From positions 1 to 63,041 of the forward strand of contig CAVFVK010000001.1 of the NCBI GenBank assembly GCA_963626095.1: a DNA stretch of 63,041 nt. The letters are read 5' to 3'. This document shows positions 9,595-19,139 of this stretch, piece by piece (positions within the stretch are counted from its first letter, which is position 1; each line of letters begins with the position of its first letter). The DNA comes from a bacterium. GTDB taxonomy: Bacteria; Patescibacteriota; Saccharimonadia; Saccharimonadales; Saccharimonadaceae. Under the pieces are notes generated by a model. That model ran no database searches. It was not told the origin of the DNA and saw nothing but the letters and a program-made list of their open reading frames with translations. The position numbers and the translations under genes were made by a program.

Positions 9595-10434
9595 ATGAAA
9601 CAAAGAATTCGTACAGTCGCAATTGTCAGAAACGAGGATGGAGTCCTCGTCTTAAAACGTAGCCGTGGTCGTTCCGAGGCTCCGGTTTTTTGGGAACTTC
9701 CGACCGGTAAAATCAAATTCGGTGAACAACCCGAAGAAGCCATGGTCCGCTCCCTCGCCGAATACACGGGTCTCACCGCGCAGTCGATTAAATTAAAAGA
9801 CGTTATCACTTTTCTCGCGCCCGAAGGCGCCAGCCAAATCAGTAATTTATATATAGTTTACGAAGTCACAATCGACGCGGAGGCAAAACCCACCCCCTAC
9901 GACCGCTACAATGCCTACAAATTTACCAAAGATTTCAGCAATCTAAGACTCAATGAAACCACCGCCACCGTACTCGAAATCGAAAACGGCAAAGCTCCCA
10001 TCGGCCGCATCTCCGCCAGAGGCACTGCCAATGGAGTTGTTATTAACGTCGACGGCGCTTCGCGGGGCAACCCCGGCCTGTCAGGTATCGGCTACTGTAT
10101 TCAAGATGGTCATCGCGTGGTCGAGCGGGGCGGGGAATTTATTGGTTTTGCCACCTCTCGTCTAGCCGAATATCTCGCCATGCGCAAAGGTGTCGAGCGC
10201 GCGCTAGAGTTAAATTATAAAACCGTGCGTTTTGTTTCCGATAGCCTGATGGTTGTCAACCAACTTAACGGCATTTTTACCATCAAAAATCAAGATATTC
10301 TCCCCATCTATCGCGATATCGAACAAAAATTAGATCAGTTTGATGCGGTTTCATTCACCCACGTTCCGCGCTCCGAGAATACCATTGCCGATTCCGAAGC
10401 TAACGCCGCTATCGACAAAATCCTCCAAAAGTGA
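9595..10434 (+). CDS. NUDIX-like domain fused to RNase HI
   Basis: WELPTG...RSLAEYTGL (degenerate Nudix box); DGASRGNPG, AEY, SDS, ADSEAN supply the RNase H D-E-D-D residues. Confidence 0.85.
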   Translation: MKQRIRTVAIVRNEDGVLVLKRSRGRSEAPVFWELPTGKIKFGEQPEEAMVRSLAEYTGLTAQSIKLKDVITFLAPEGASQISNLYIVYEVTIDAEAKPTPYDRYNAYKFTKDFSNLRLNETTATVLEIENGKAPIGRISARGTANGVVINVDGASRGNPGLSGIGYCIQDGHRVVERGGEFIGFATSRLAEYLAMRKGVERALELNYKTVRFVSDSLMVVNQLNGIFTIKNQDILPIYRDIEQKLDQFDAVSFTHVPRSENTIADSEANAAIDKILQK

Positions 10435-10446
10435 TACAATAGTTAG

Positions 10447-10779
10447 GAGCCTGAAAAGACGACCGCTTTATTTAAAGAGGAAAGTCCGGGCAACATAGAG
10501 CAGGGTAGTCGCTAACAGCGACCGTCCGTAAGGATAGGGAAAGTACCACAGAAACAATACCGCCGGCTCGTCCGGTAAGGGTGAAAAGAGTGGGGTAAGA
10601 GCCCACAGCGCGCGGTAGCGATACAGTGCGGAGGCAAACCCTACCTGTTGCAAGGAGTGCTAGATAGCCTGGCTCGGGCATGCACGTTTACCGCTAGAGC
10701 GTTATAGCAATGTAGCGCCAAGATAGATGGTCGTCGGCTACTTTTAAAGTAGTCACAGAACCCGGCTTATAGATGGCTC
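10447..10779 (+). ncRNA. rnpB: RNase P RNA
   Basis: GAGGAAAGTCCGGGC and ACAGAACCCGGCTTA conserved blocks; GAGCC/GGCTC P1 helix. Confidence 0.97.
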
Positions 10780-10782
10780 ATC

Positions 10783-10809
10783 AAAAAACCGACTTCTAGT
10801 CGGTTTTTT
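10783..10809. terminator. Bidirectional intrinsic terminator (rnpB / rpmB)
   Basis: AAAAAACCGACT-TCT-AGTCGGTTTTTT. Confidence 0.85.
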
Positions 10810-10827
10810 GATAGGGTTTAAACGGAC

Positions 10828-11046
10828 TTATTTTTTAGCAGTTTTAGCCTTTGGGCTCTCAATCAAGCCTTTTTTCTTCAAAGTTCTCAGTGCCGAAGTC
10901 GAAACGTTGCATTTAATTTTCTGTCCGTTAATCACCAACGTTCGCTTAGAAACATTTGGTTTAAACACTTTGCGGGTGTGTCGTTGCGAGAACGAAACAT
11001 TATGCCCGTACATTTTGCCTTTTCCAGTAATTTCGCAAGTTGCCAT
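10828..11046 (-). CDS. rpmB: 50S ribosomal protein L28
   Basis: CEITGK...GHNVSFSQRHTRKVFKPN. Confidence 0.95.
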   Translation of the reverse strand: MATCEITGKGKMYGHNVSFSQRHTRKVFKPNVSKRTLVINGQKIKCNVSTSALRTLKKKGLIESPKAKTAKK

Positions 11047-11047
11047 C

Positions 11048-11395
11048 TTATTTCTCCTTCACCGTATTAACGATTTGTTTAAACGCTTCCGGATTATTTA
11101 CTGCGAGCTCAGCCAAGACCTTGCGATCCAGGTTAATACCTTTTTTCTTCATGCCAGCAATCAGTTGCGAGTAGGAAAGCCCAAGTTCTCGCGAAGCGTT
11201 ATTGATACGCGTAATCCACAGCGACCGCAAATCGCGTTTCTTATTTCGGCGGTCCCGGTAGCTATACGAAAGAGCTTTAATTACGCCTTGTTTGCCAAGC
11301 CGGTAGCTTCGGCGGCGGTAATGTTGCATACCTTTCGTTTTGTTCAACATTTTTTTGTGCTTTGCGTGCGCTGCTACACCTCTTTTAATTCTCAT
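11048..11395 (-). CDS. rplT: 50S ribosomal protein L20
   Basis: [31 protein letters not shown]. Confidence 0.97.
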   Translation of the reverse strand: MRIKRGVAAHAKHKKMLNKTKGMQHYRRRSYRLGKQGVIKALSYSYRDRRNKKRDLRSLWITRINNASRELGLSYSQLIAGMKKKGINLDRKVLAELAVNNPEAFKQIVNTVKEK

Positions 11396-11396
11396 A

Positions 11397-11591
11397 CTAA
11401 ACTCCTAAAGCCCGTTTAACGTTTTTCTTGATTTTACCATTCACCCCCGCCGCAGTTTTAATGTTGCGTTTCCTGGCTTTAGATTTTTTGGCAAGGATAT
11501 GGTTGCCAAATGCCCGCTCCCGAACTAATTTACCCGAGCCGGTAATTTTAATCCGCTTCGCGGTTCCTTTATGCGTCTTCATTTTCGGCAT
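11397..11591 (-). CDS. rpmI: 50S ribosomal protein L35
   Basis: [21 protein letters not shown]. Confidence 0.97.
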   Translation of the reverse strand: MPKMKTHKGTAKRIKITGSGKLVRERAFGNHILAKKSKARKRNIKTAAGVNGKIKKNVKRALGV

Positions 11592-11727
11592 AAACTTTCC
11601 TTTCGTTAAATTTGTTATTCATTTAGGCATTTGGTTTAAAATGCCTAATTTCCGGTTGCCAGTAACCTGTTTTTGTCAAAATTACAACAACCATAAAGTA
11701 CCATCAGTTGGCCGTGGAAGTAGGAAA

Positions 11728-12246
11728 TTACTTCTTCCGAACCTGGACTGATAAATTTCGTCCGCTCAGTTGCGGTTTGCCCTCGATAACAGCATTGTCG
11801 CCGAGCAATTCGGTGATTTTGTCGAGCAGTTGAAAACCGATTTCTTTGTGCGCCATTTCGCGCCCCTTAAAGACAATCATAATCTTTACTCGGTCGCCAT
11901 CTTCGAGAAACTCTCGCATTTTACGGACTTTAATGTTAAGGTCGTTTTCGGAGATTTTTAGACCAACTTTCATCTGTTTCAGCTCGGACTGTTTTTCACG
12001 AGCTTTCTTCCGATTTTTGGCCTCTTCCTTCATCTTTTGGTATTGATATTTGCCCCAATCGATGATTTTTACGACCGGAGGATTAGCATTGGCGGCAATT
12101 TCCACCAAATCTACTCCCTGTTCCTTCGCCAGAAGTTGCGCTTCGCGACTCGACATAATGCCCAGTTGCTCACCGCTAGAACCGATTACGCGAACTTGCT
12201 CATAACGAATTTCTCCGTTTAATCTAGTTCGTGATTGCTTTTTGAT
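11728..12246 (-). CDS. infC: Translation initiation factor IF-3 (non-AUG ATC start)
   Basis: DLVEIA, PPVVKIIDWGK, FKGREM; frame is open 30 codons upstream (RLNGEIRYEQVRVI) to ATC preceded by SD AGAAAGGA. Confidence 0.92.
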   Translation of the reverse strand: MKKQSRTRLNGEIRYEQVRVIGSSGEQLGIMSSREAQLLAKEQGVDLVEIAANANPPVVKIIDWGKYQYQKMKEEAKNRKKAREKQSELKQMKVGLKISENDLNIKVRKMREFLEDGDRVKIMIVFKGREMAHKEIGFQLLDKITELLGDNAVIEGKPQLSGRNLSVQVRKK

Positions 12247-12337
12247 AGTAGTCCTTTCTTCTCTTGAATTAACCTGAAAGTATTATACCAAATTTGAAAG
12301 AAAAAAACAAGGCTTTTGTCTTCGATATAACTAATTT

Positions 12338-13846
12338 TTATCTTCGGCGATAACTCAGCGCTTCCGCTAGATGCTCCGGCTTGATTTCAGCAGAGTTTTC
12401 GAGGTCGGCTATCGTCTGCGCTACCTTAATGGTCTTAAAATATGCTCGTGCCGACAGCCCTAGTCGCTCCGACGCGTCGGCGAGCAGTGTCTTGGTTTTT
12501 TCTGGTAACTTAATTTTCTGCGAGATTTCAAAACTCGACAGGGAACTATTAAACACGCCATCTCGTCCATATCGTTCGCATTGACGTGCTATTGCCTCTG
12601 TTATATTATTTTTTACAACATCATGTTCCTGCCTTCCCGCCGGCATTTCTTTGAGTAAATCCGTATTTTCGACCCTTTCGACTGTTACACTCATGTCAAT
12701 TCGGTCAAACAGTGGTCCCGACAACTTTTTCTGATAATTTTGAATTTGTATCTCGGTGCATTTGCACTCATGTGTCGGGTCCCCCAGATAACCACAAGGA
12801 CAGGGGTTCATTGTCGCTACCAACATAAAATCTGCCGGATACACCGTTTTGCGATTCGCCCTCGAAATTGCAATCTTTTTGTCCTCTAGCGGTTGTCGAA
12901 GCGCCTCGAGCACCGACCTCGGAAATTCCGGAATTTCGTCTAGAAACAATACCCCACGATGTGCCAGCGAAATCTCCCCTGGTCCCGTCGCGCCTCCGAT
13001 AATCGAAGTTGCCGAAGCGGTATGGTGTGGACTCCGAAAAGGTCGCCTAACTACCGCCTCCCCAGTAGTTAGCCCCGCAATCGAATACAGTTTTGTAATA
13101 TCAATCATCTCGTCAGGGGTCAAATCCGGCAACAAATTTGCCGCTGCCTTCGCCAGTAGAGTTTTGCCTGCCCCTGGCGGTCCGGAAACCAAAATATTAT
13201 GATGCCCAGCCACCGCAATCGCCATCGCCCGTTTAGCCAATTTTTGCCCCCGCACATGGTCGAAAATCGCCTCAGAAACGTCTTTTTTGCCACTTTCTGG
13301 CTGTTTTAACCCCGCACTAGCATTAGGCAGGTCTATTTGCTTTTTTAGCGCCAAAAACAGCTCTTTTAACGTCGTCACTCCATAAATTTCAATCCCCGAA
13401 ATCAGCATTGCTTGGGGTAAATTTTGTAGCGGCACATAAATTTCCGCTCGCCCCGCCTTTTTCGCTGCTTCTACGATATTGATAATCCCCCGCACCGGTT
13501 TTACCTCGCCATCCAGCGACAGCTCTCCCGCAAAAGTCTTGCCCCGAATATCGCTCGCTAGCATTTGTCCCGATAAAACCAATACTGACAGCGCAATTGC
13601 GAGATCCAAATACGCTCCATCCTTCGGCAAATCCGCCGGCGCTAGGTTAATAGTCACTTTTTTATCAGGGAACGAAAAACCCGAATTTACGACCGCGCTC
13701 CGCACGCGCTCTTTCGCCTCGTTCACGGTTTTATTGGCCATGCCCACGATATTAAACGCCGGCAAACCGCGGTTCATATCCCCCTCCACCTCAACCAGTT
13801 TCCCCTCAAAGCCATACGGCACAATTGAATATATTTTTGAAATCAT
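12338..13846 (-). CDS. comM: ComM/YifB Mg-chelatase-like AAA+ ATPase
   Basis: NLAPADLPK, GPPGAGKT, PFRSPHH, FLDEIPEF, MNPCPCG. Confidence 0.93.
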   Translation of the reverse strand: MISKIYSIVPYGFEGKLVEVEGDMNRGLPAFNIVGMANKTVNEAKERVRSAVVNSGFSFPDKKVTINLAPADLPKDGAYLDLAIALSVLVLSGQMLASDIRGKTFAGELSLDGEVKPVRGIINIVEAAKKAGRAEIYVPLQNLPQAMLISGIEIYGVTTLKELFLALKKQIDLPNASAGLKQPESGKKDVSEAIFDHVRGQKLAKRAMAIAVAGHHNILVSGPPGAGKTLLAKAAANLLPDLTPDEMIDITKLYSIAGLTTGEAVVRRPFRSPHHTASATSIIGGATGPGEISLAHRGVLFLDEIPEFPRSVLEALRQPLEDKKIAISRANRKTVYPADFMLVATMNPCPCGYLGDPTHECKCTEIQIQNYQKKLSGPLFDRIDMSVTVERVENTDLLKEMPAGRQEHDVVKNNITEAIARQCERYGRDGVFNSSLSSFEISQKIKLPEKTKTLLADASERLGLSARAYFKTIKVAQTIADLENSAEIKPEHLAEALSYRRR

Positions 13847-14040
13847 GCCCCTTATCTAGCACGGAGGTTTCAAAAAATCAACCCCCCACCTTGTTTTTGT
13901 GTTATCAAACATAAGCCACACCGAGCGTCACCAAGTGTGTCGGAAATACTCAAAATTGCTATAAATGAGGCATATTTTTACTCACCCTTTTGCCTGTGGA
14001 AAACTCACAAAAATTATACAAAAATTGTTCAAAAAATATA

Positions 14041-14069
14041 TTGACACAAGCACTTTTACACGATATAAT
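14041..14069 (+). promoter_or_regulatory. Consensus sigma70 promoter
   Basis: TTGACA-17-TATAAT. Confidence 0.85.
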
Positions 14070-14075
14070 AGGGGT

Positions 14076-14185
14076 AGCTTCTGAATAAAAAAATTATTCA
14101 AGAAGCCAAACATAAAAATTTAGCCAAAATAACTCCACACTCTACAATAAGACCGGTTTTCCTCGCAGTTACCGGTCTTATTCTA
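14076..14185 (+). ncRNA. Candidate sRNA A
   Basis: Own perfect promoter; 5' hairpin 14077-14106; 3' hairpin 14146-14182; no ORF. Confidence 0.55.
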
Positions 14186-14224
14186 TTGTCAAAAAAATAT
14201 TTTTATGGTAAAATCAAAGCAGTT

Positions 14225-14580
14225 GGGGCTGACAAAGCTTAGACGGGATATTAACAGCTGATGAGGCGTGTCGATTAAATACCGTAAGTATTGAATAAGT
14301 GCTAAAAACACGAAAACTGCGCATGTTGCATACATGCCAGCATTTGCCTAAATAATTCTAGGCTGGTTCGCGTTTGAGATTCCGTAGGACGCGGATTATC
14401 ATATTACGGGATTAAGGCCATTAACGTGGCGTTTAGTGGCTCAAAAACCTAGCCTGCGCGACTATTAGTTTCGTTTTCTGCAGCTAGTAGTATTTGCTAA
14501 GTCGAAACAGAAAACTATGCACGTAGAATCACAGCCAGGTGATATTTCGGACCCGGAGGCAGTATCCGGCAGCTCCACCA
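14225..14580 (+). ncRNA. ssrA: tmRNA; tag (A)AKNTKTAHVAYMPAFA* at 14301-14351
   Basis: 5' GGGGCTG, 3' CAGCTCCACCA with G3:U pair; tag ends in AFA; promoter TTGTCA-17-TAAAAT at 14186-14214. Confidence 0.95.
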
Positions 14581-14681
14581 ATTATCGAATTCACAAAGAC
14601 CACAGTAGAACCGCAAATGCCGTGGGACAACCGCTGAGGCTGTACCATTCGAACCACAATAGAACCGCAGGGGCTGTATCT

Positions 14682-14839
14682 AAACCATAAAATTACGATT
14701 TCGAAGCATGTAAAATTCCCCAGAGAAAAAATCCCACTCCCCGGATTAAAAACTGGATAGTCCCAGTTTTTAATCCGACGGGAGGGGGATTTTTGAACGT
14801 GGCGGAATTTTATCGCTGAGAAATGTAATTTTATGGTTT
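14682..14839. repeat. Long imperfect palindrome
   Basis: AAACCATAAAATTAC/GTAATTTTATGGTTT, AAAAATCCC/GGGATTTTT and CGGATTAAAAACTGG/CCAGTTTTTAATCCG stems. Confidence 0.85.
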
Positions 14840-14943
14840 TTTAGTATATGCCTTATTTACACAAATAACTACCAAACCGAGCTAAAACAAACCATGCCAT
14901 TCCATAATAAAAAACGTCTTCGAAATGCCGGCTTGAGCCAAAC

Positions 14944-15068
14944 GTTGTAAAAAATACAACAAAATGAATAAAAAAGTAGAACAGGGAAGAAATAGCGTAG
15001 TTGTTGTAAAAAATACCTCAATAAACTTGAACAAATCTATTGCTTTTTCGTAAGCAATATGCTATCAT
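14944..15068 (+). promoter_or_regulatory. Two operator-like sites plus promoter
   Basis: GTTGTA-AAAAA-TACAAC (14944-14960), degenerate copy 15003-15019; TTGCTT-17-TATCAT (15040-15068). Confidence 0.55.
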
Positions 15069-15117
15069 TAGGACAGTCGAGATGACTAAAACAAACACTA
15101 AAAACAAAAGGAGCAAA

Positions 15118-15177
15118 ATGCCACGAACCCGACCAAATATCAAGGCAAAAACCAGTAATCAGGCTAGACCAATTTAG
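15118..15177 (+). CDS. Putative 19-aa peptide MPRTRPNIKAKTSNQARPI
   Basis: AAAAGGAG-CAAA-ATG downstream of a promoter. Confidence 0.4.
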   Translation: MPRTRPNIKAKTSNQARPI

Positions 15178-15517
15178 CGAGCGAACAGGTAATTTCTAGC
15201 CATAGATTACAAATAGGAATTACCTCAAGCTCCGCTAAAAAGATATCAAATCTCCGGATATCTAAAAAGCGTCGAGCGCGTAGCCAAATCTTTCATTAGC
15301 ACCTTCTTAAAAAAATAAAACAGAATGAAAGGAAACGGTTGCAAGGACAATGCTTCACTAATCGTGAAGCGGTCAAACGGAAAGGCGGACCGAAGCTCTG
15401 GTCAATAGTAAGTTTTAAAGCGCCGGATAGCTCATCCGCCTCTTCCCATATAAAACCTCACACCAAAACGAGAGATAAAACTTGGGGGTTACCACAGACC
15501 ATGGTATAATCATAAGT

Positions 15518-15871
15518 ATGAAGCAAAAACGTATCATCGGCTTTACTACTGGCATAGGACTCGCAGCCTTATTTCTTATGCTCAGCTTCACATCCCCGAC
15601 GGAAATCGGTCCGTTCGGTGTTTTATTATTTTTTACAACACTTTATGTGTCTTTTTTTGGCATTATGACGCTTTTGCTTCAAGCTTTTAAACGCCTAGCC
15701 TTCAAGCAGGAAATATTAAGACGTAAAGACTATCTTTATTCCGCCGTACTGGCTTTTGGTCCGATTATGCTCCTCATGGCGCGCTCTTTTGGCGCGGTCA
15801 ACCTCTGGACCGGGGCTCTCATTATCGCTTTTCTCGCTTTGGCAGAATTTTTGGTTTATAAGCGAATTTAA
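15518..15871 (+). CDS. Hypothetical 4-TM membrane protein
   Basis: Hydrophobic ORF; TGGTATAAT 7 nt before ATG. Confidence 0.75.
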   Translation: MKQKRIIGFTTGIGLAALFLMLSFTSPTEIGPFGVLLFFTTLYVSFFGIMTLLLQAFKRLAFKQEILRRKDYLYSAVLAFGPIMLLMARSFGAVNLWTGALIIAFLALAEFLVYKRI

Positions 15872-15907
15872 TCTACTAAAAATTCCAAAATATGCTAAAA
15901 TAAGCAT

Positions 15908-16546
15908 ATGAATTATGGTCAAACATCCTCTGATCAAACAACTGATTTGAACTCTGATTTTGAGCTCGATAATTTTAATCTCAACACTAATGAATGGGGT
16001 ATTTCCACCCCTGAACAGAGCCGACGTACCCTTGGCAGTAGCGCCATTAATCACGCCTCAGAAACCACCATCGAAACAACCGCCCCCACTAGAGCAAACG
16101 ACGACCTAGCGCCGCATTCATCCGACTTTGCCTCAGCAACCTATGAAACTCCAGCCCGCCAAAATTCCTATGAAAACACCCCGGCTCTCGGTCAAATCAC
16201 CCCTAATTTTCCGCCCGGCTATCAACCTCCCCTAGAAACCTCTACGTCTCCTCAAATCACTACAACCACTCACTCTGGTCTGTTAGAAATCGCTCAAAAA
16301 GCCCACAATGATCAAAGTCTCAGCCTCAGCGACGCAAAAACTATCGATTCTGCCATTGCCGACCTCGGTCATAGCAGCGATATCGACACTTTTTACGAGC
16401 AAATTCGCGCCGACGCCGACAGCTTCGCTCATTCCGAAAACCACGCCGACAGCCTCGCCCCTTCCAAAGACCATGCCGACACTAAGTATAACGGCGCAAA
16501 CACCAACTCTCGCACCCTCATCAACCCCACGGAGGGGAAGCAATAA
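15908..16546 (+). CDS. Hypothetical Ser/Thr/Pro-rich protein
   Basis: 212 aa; TAATG overlap with the next gene. Confidence 0.7.
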   Translation: MNYGQTSSDQTTDLNSDFELDNFNLNTNEWGISTPEQSRRTLGSSAINHASETTIETTAPTRANDDLAPHSSDFASATYETPARQNSYENTPALGQITPNFPPGYQPPLETSTSPQITTTTHSGLLEIAQKAHNDQSLSLSDAKTIDSAIADLGHSSDIDTFYEQIRADADSFAHSENHADSLAPSKDHADTKYNGANTNSRTLINPTEGKQ

Positions 16547-19077
16547 TGTCTACTTGGGTGGTCATCTTAATTATTGTCGTTGCCGTCATTTTGCTCGGTA
16601 CCCTACTTTTTGGTTCCCGTATCAGTAAACTCAGAAAATCCAAAAAATACGAAAGTGGTCTCAAGATGAAATCACTCCTTATTCACCTCCCTCCGACCAC
16701 CGATGATATTGACTCCGGCTCAAGAGACAAGCGCGACGTTACACTGGAAGCCGTCTCTAAAGCCCAGGTCATGTATTCCATCCTCTCCTCGGTCAAAGCC
16801 AAAGATGATTTTAAGTCTAAACTTTACGGTCAACCCCATTTTTCCTTCGAGATCATCGCGAAGGACGGTTTTACCAAATACTACGCTATTGTTCCCGAAA
16901 AATACGTCGAAACCGTAAAACAAGCCATCCAATCCGCCTACCCCACCGCTAGACTGGAAGAAAAACGCGAAGACAATATTTTCAGGGGTGGCGGCGGTGT
17001 TAACGCTGTGGCTGGCGCGGAATTAACTTTGAACAAAGATTATTATTTGCCAATTGCGACCTACGAAGACACCAAGCGTGACGCCCAAATGGCCCTGCTT
17101 AACGCCATGGCGAACGTTGGGCAAAACGAAGGCGTCGCTGTTCAAATTCTTTTCCGCCCTGCACAAAAAAATTGGTCAGACCAATCCAAAGAACATATCG
17201 AAAATATTCAAAAAGGCAAAAAAACTAAAACCGTCGGGGCAGGAATTGGCGAAATCGCCATGGATATTCTAAAAGCCCCCTGGGAAGTCCCCAAAGAGCA
17301 CGAAAAAAGCGAAGAAACCATTATTTCGAGCATCAAACAAGACGAAATCTCCGCTGTGGCCGCTAAAATGCGTTTTCCGGCCTTCGAGACCCTGATTCGG
17401 GTGGTAGCCAGCTCCGCCTCGAATGCCCGCTCAGAGGCGCTCCTAGGAGGCGTAGTTAGCTCATTTTCGCAATTTAACGCCCCCACGCTCAACGGTTTTA
17501 AAATTAACACCATGAAAGACATGAAAAAACTTGCCGTCGACTACACTTTTCGGGCATTCCCAGTCCGCACCCGCACTAACATTTTAAACTCCGTCGAGCT
17601 CGCCTCTATTTTTCACCTGCCCGAACAGAGTGCTATTCCGAATTCCAGCGTCGAACGCCAGCTCGCCAAACAGGTCGACGGTCCCGCTCGCCTGGCCACC
17701 GAAGGTGTTCTGCTAGGCACCAACGAGTTTCGCGGCACTAAAAAAGCCATCTATCTCGACGACAACAACCGTCGCCGCCATATGTACGTTATCGGGCAAA
17801 CCGGTATGGGTAAATCCGTCTTTCTCGAGAATATCGCCTTTCAGGACATGTGCGACGGCCGCGGATTTGCCTTTATCGACCCCCATGGCGACGCTGTCGA
17901 GGCGATTTTAAAGCGTGTCCCCGAGGAACGTATCGACGACGTCATCTATTTTGACCCCTCCGATATCGAGCATCCAGTCGGTATGAATATGTTTGAATAC
18001 ACCTCCGAAGACCAAAAGGATTTCATCGTCCAAGAGGGAATTAGCATGCTTCAATCTCTGTTTGATCCCAATAACCAAGGCTTTTTCGGTCCCCGTGGTC
18101 AGCACATGTTTAGAAACGCCGCCCTGCTTTTAATGTCCGACCCCGCCGGCGCCACTTTCATCGACATTCCTCAATGTTTCACCGACCCCGAATTCGTCAA
18201 GTCAAAATTAAAATACGTCACCGACAAAGCCGTCTACGACTACTGGACTAAAGAATTTCCACAATCTTTAAAATCCAGCGAATCCGGCGACGTCATTACT
18301 TGGTTCTCGAGCAAATGGGGGCCGTTCATCGCCAACACCATCATGCGAAACACCCTCGGTCAGGTCAAATCCGGCTTCAACATTCGCGAAATCATGGACA
18401 ACAAAAAGATTTTCCTCGTCAACCTCTCCAAGGGTAAACTCGGCGATATCAATTCCAACCTGCTCGGTATGATTTTCGTCATGAAATTCCAGCAAGCCGC
18501 CATGTCTCGCCAGGACATCCCCGAACACGACCGTAAGGACTTCTGTCTCTATGTGGACGAATTCCAGAACTTCGCCACCGATAGTTTCGAATCTATCCTC
18601 TCTGAAGCCCGTAAATATCGCTTAAATCTCATCGTCGCCAACCAATTCATGACCCAGCTCACTGATAAAATCCGAGAAGCCCTGCTCGGTAACGTCGGTA
18701 CGATTATCTGTGGTCGCGTAGGTGTCACCGATGCCGATCTTATGGTCAAAGCCTTCACCCCGACCTTTACCGCCGAAGATTTAACCAAAACCCCGAATTT
18801 CGCCGCCGTCGCCAAAGTCATGATGTTTGATATGCCCTCCGCGCCGTTTACGATCTCCTTGCCACCTCCGATGGGCGAGCCCAATAAGGAACTCATGGAA
18901 ACTCTTAAAATCTATTCCGCCACCAAATTCGCCAAAACTCGCTCTGAAGTCGAAAAAGAAATCAACGACCGCTGGTCCGCTTATCAAAAAACGCCAGAAC
19001 CGCCCGTAGAAGCCCCTAAAACGCCTCGCAAGTCCGAAGGTGGGTTCCTAGACGGCTGGATAAACAAAAGCGCTTAG
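16546..19077 (+). CDS. VirD4/TraG coupling-protein-like (HerA/FtsK superfamily) ATPase
   Basis: N-terminal TM; Walker A GQTGMGKS; IDPHGD; Walker B LYVDEFQNF; SEARKY. Confidence 0.85.
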   Translation: MSTWVVILIIVVAVILLGTLLFGSRISKLRKSKKYESGLKMKSLLIHLPPTTDDIDSGSRDKRDVTLEAVSKAQVMYSILSSVKAKDDFKSKLYGQPHFSFEIIAKDGFTKYYAIVPEKYVETVKQAIQSAYPTARLEEKREDNIFRGGGGVNAVAGAELTLNKDYYLPIATYEDTKRDAQMALLNAMANVGQNEGVAVQILFRPAQKNWSDQSKEHIENIQKGKKTKTVGAGIGEIAMDILKAPWEVPKEHEKSEETIISSIKQDEISAVAAKMRFPAFETLIRVVASSASNARSEALLGGVVSSFSQFNAPTLNGFKINTMKDMKKLAVDYTFRAFPVRTRTNILNSVELASIFHLPEQSAIPNSSVERQLAKQVDGPARLATEGVLLGTNEFRGTKKAIYLDDNNRRRHMYVIGQTGMGKSVFLENIAFQDMCDGRGFAFIDPHGDAVEAILKRVPEERIDDVIYFDPSDIEHPVGMNMFEYTSEDQKDFIVQEGISMLQSLFDPNNQGFFGPRGQHMFRNAALLLMSDPAGATFIDIPQCFTDPEFVKSKLKYVTDKAVYDYWTKEFPQSLKSSESGDVITWFSSKWGPFIANTIMRNTLGQVKSGFNIREIMDNKKIFLVNLSKGKLGDINSNLLGMIFVMKFQQAAMSRQDIPEHDRKDFCLYVDEFQNFATDSFESILSEARKYRLNLIVANQFMTQLTDKIREALLGNVGTIICGRVGVTDADLMVKAFTPTFTAEDLTKTPNFAAVAKVMMFDMPSAPFTISLPPPMGEPNKELMETLKIYSATKFAKTRSEVEKEINDRWSAYQKTPEPPVEAPKTPRKSEGGFLDGWINKSA

Positions 19078-19139
19078 GGCTTGATATTTTGCGTCCTACG
19101 GTGTATAATAGATACGTAAAATAAAGATGAGGTATTTTA

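Noticed and set aside
10468..10681. Short minus-strand ORFs
   Set aside because: Antisense to RNase P RNA
10808..11751. Plus-strand ORFs of 203 and 107 aa
   Set aside because: Antisense to ribosomal protein genes, no recognisable motifs
13850..14040. Replication origin
   Set aside because: Only one DnaA-like box, no dnaA nearby and no visible skew switch
16546..19077. Integrative conjugative element or prophage
   Set aside because: No integrase, relaxase, VirB or phage genes; flanked by core genes
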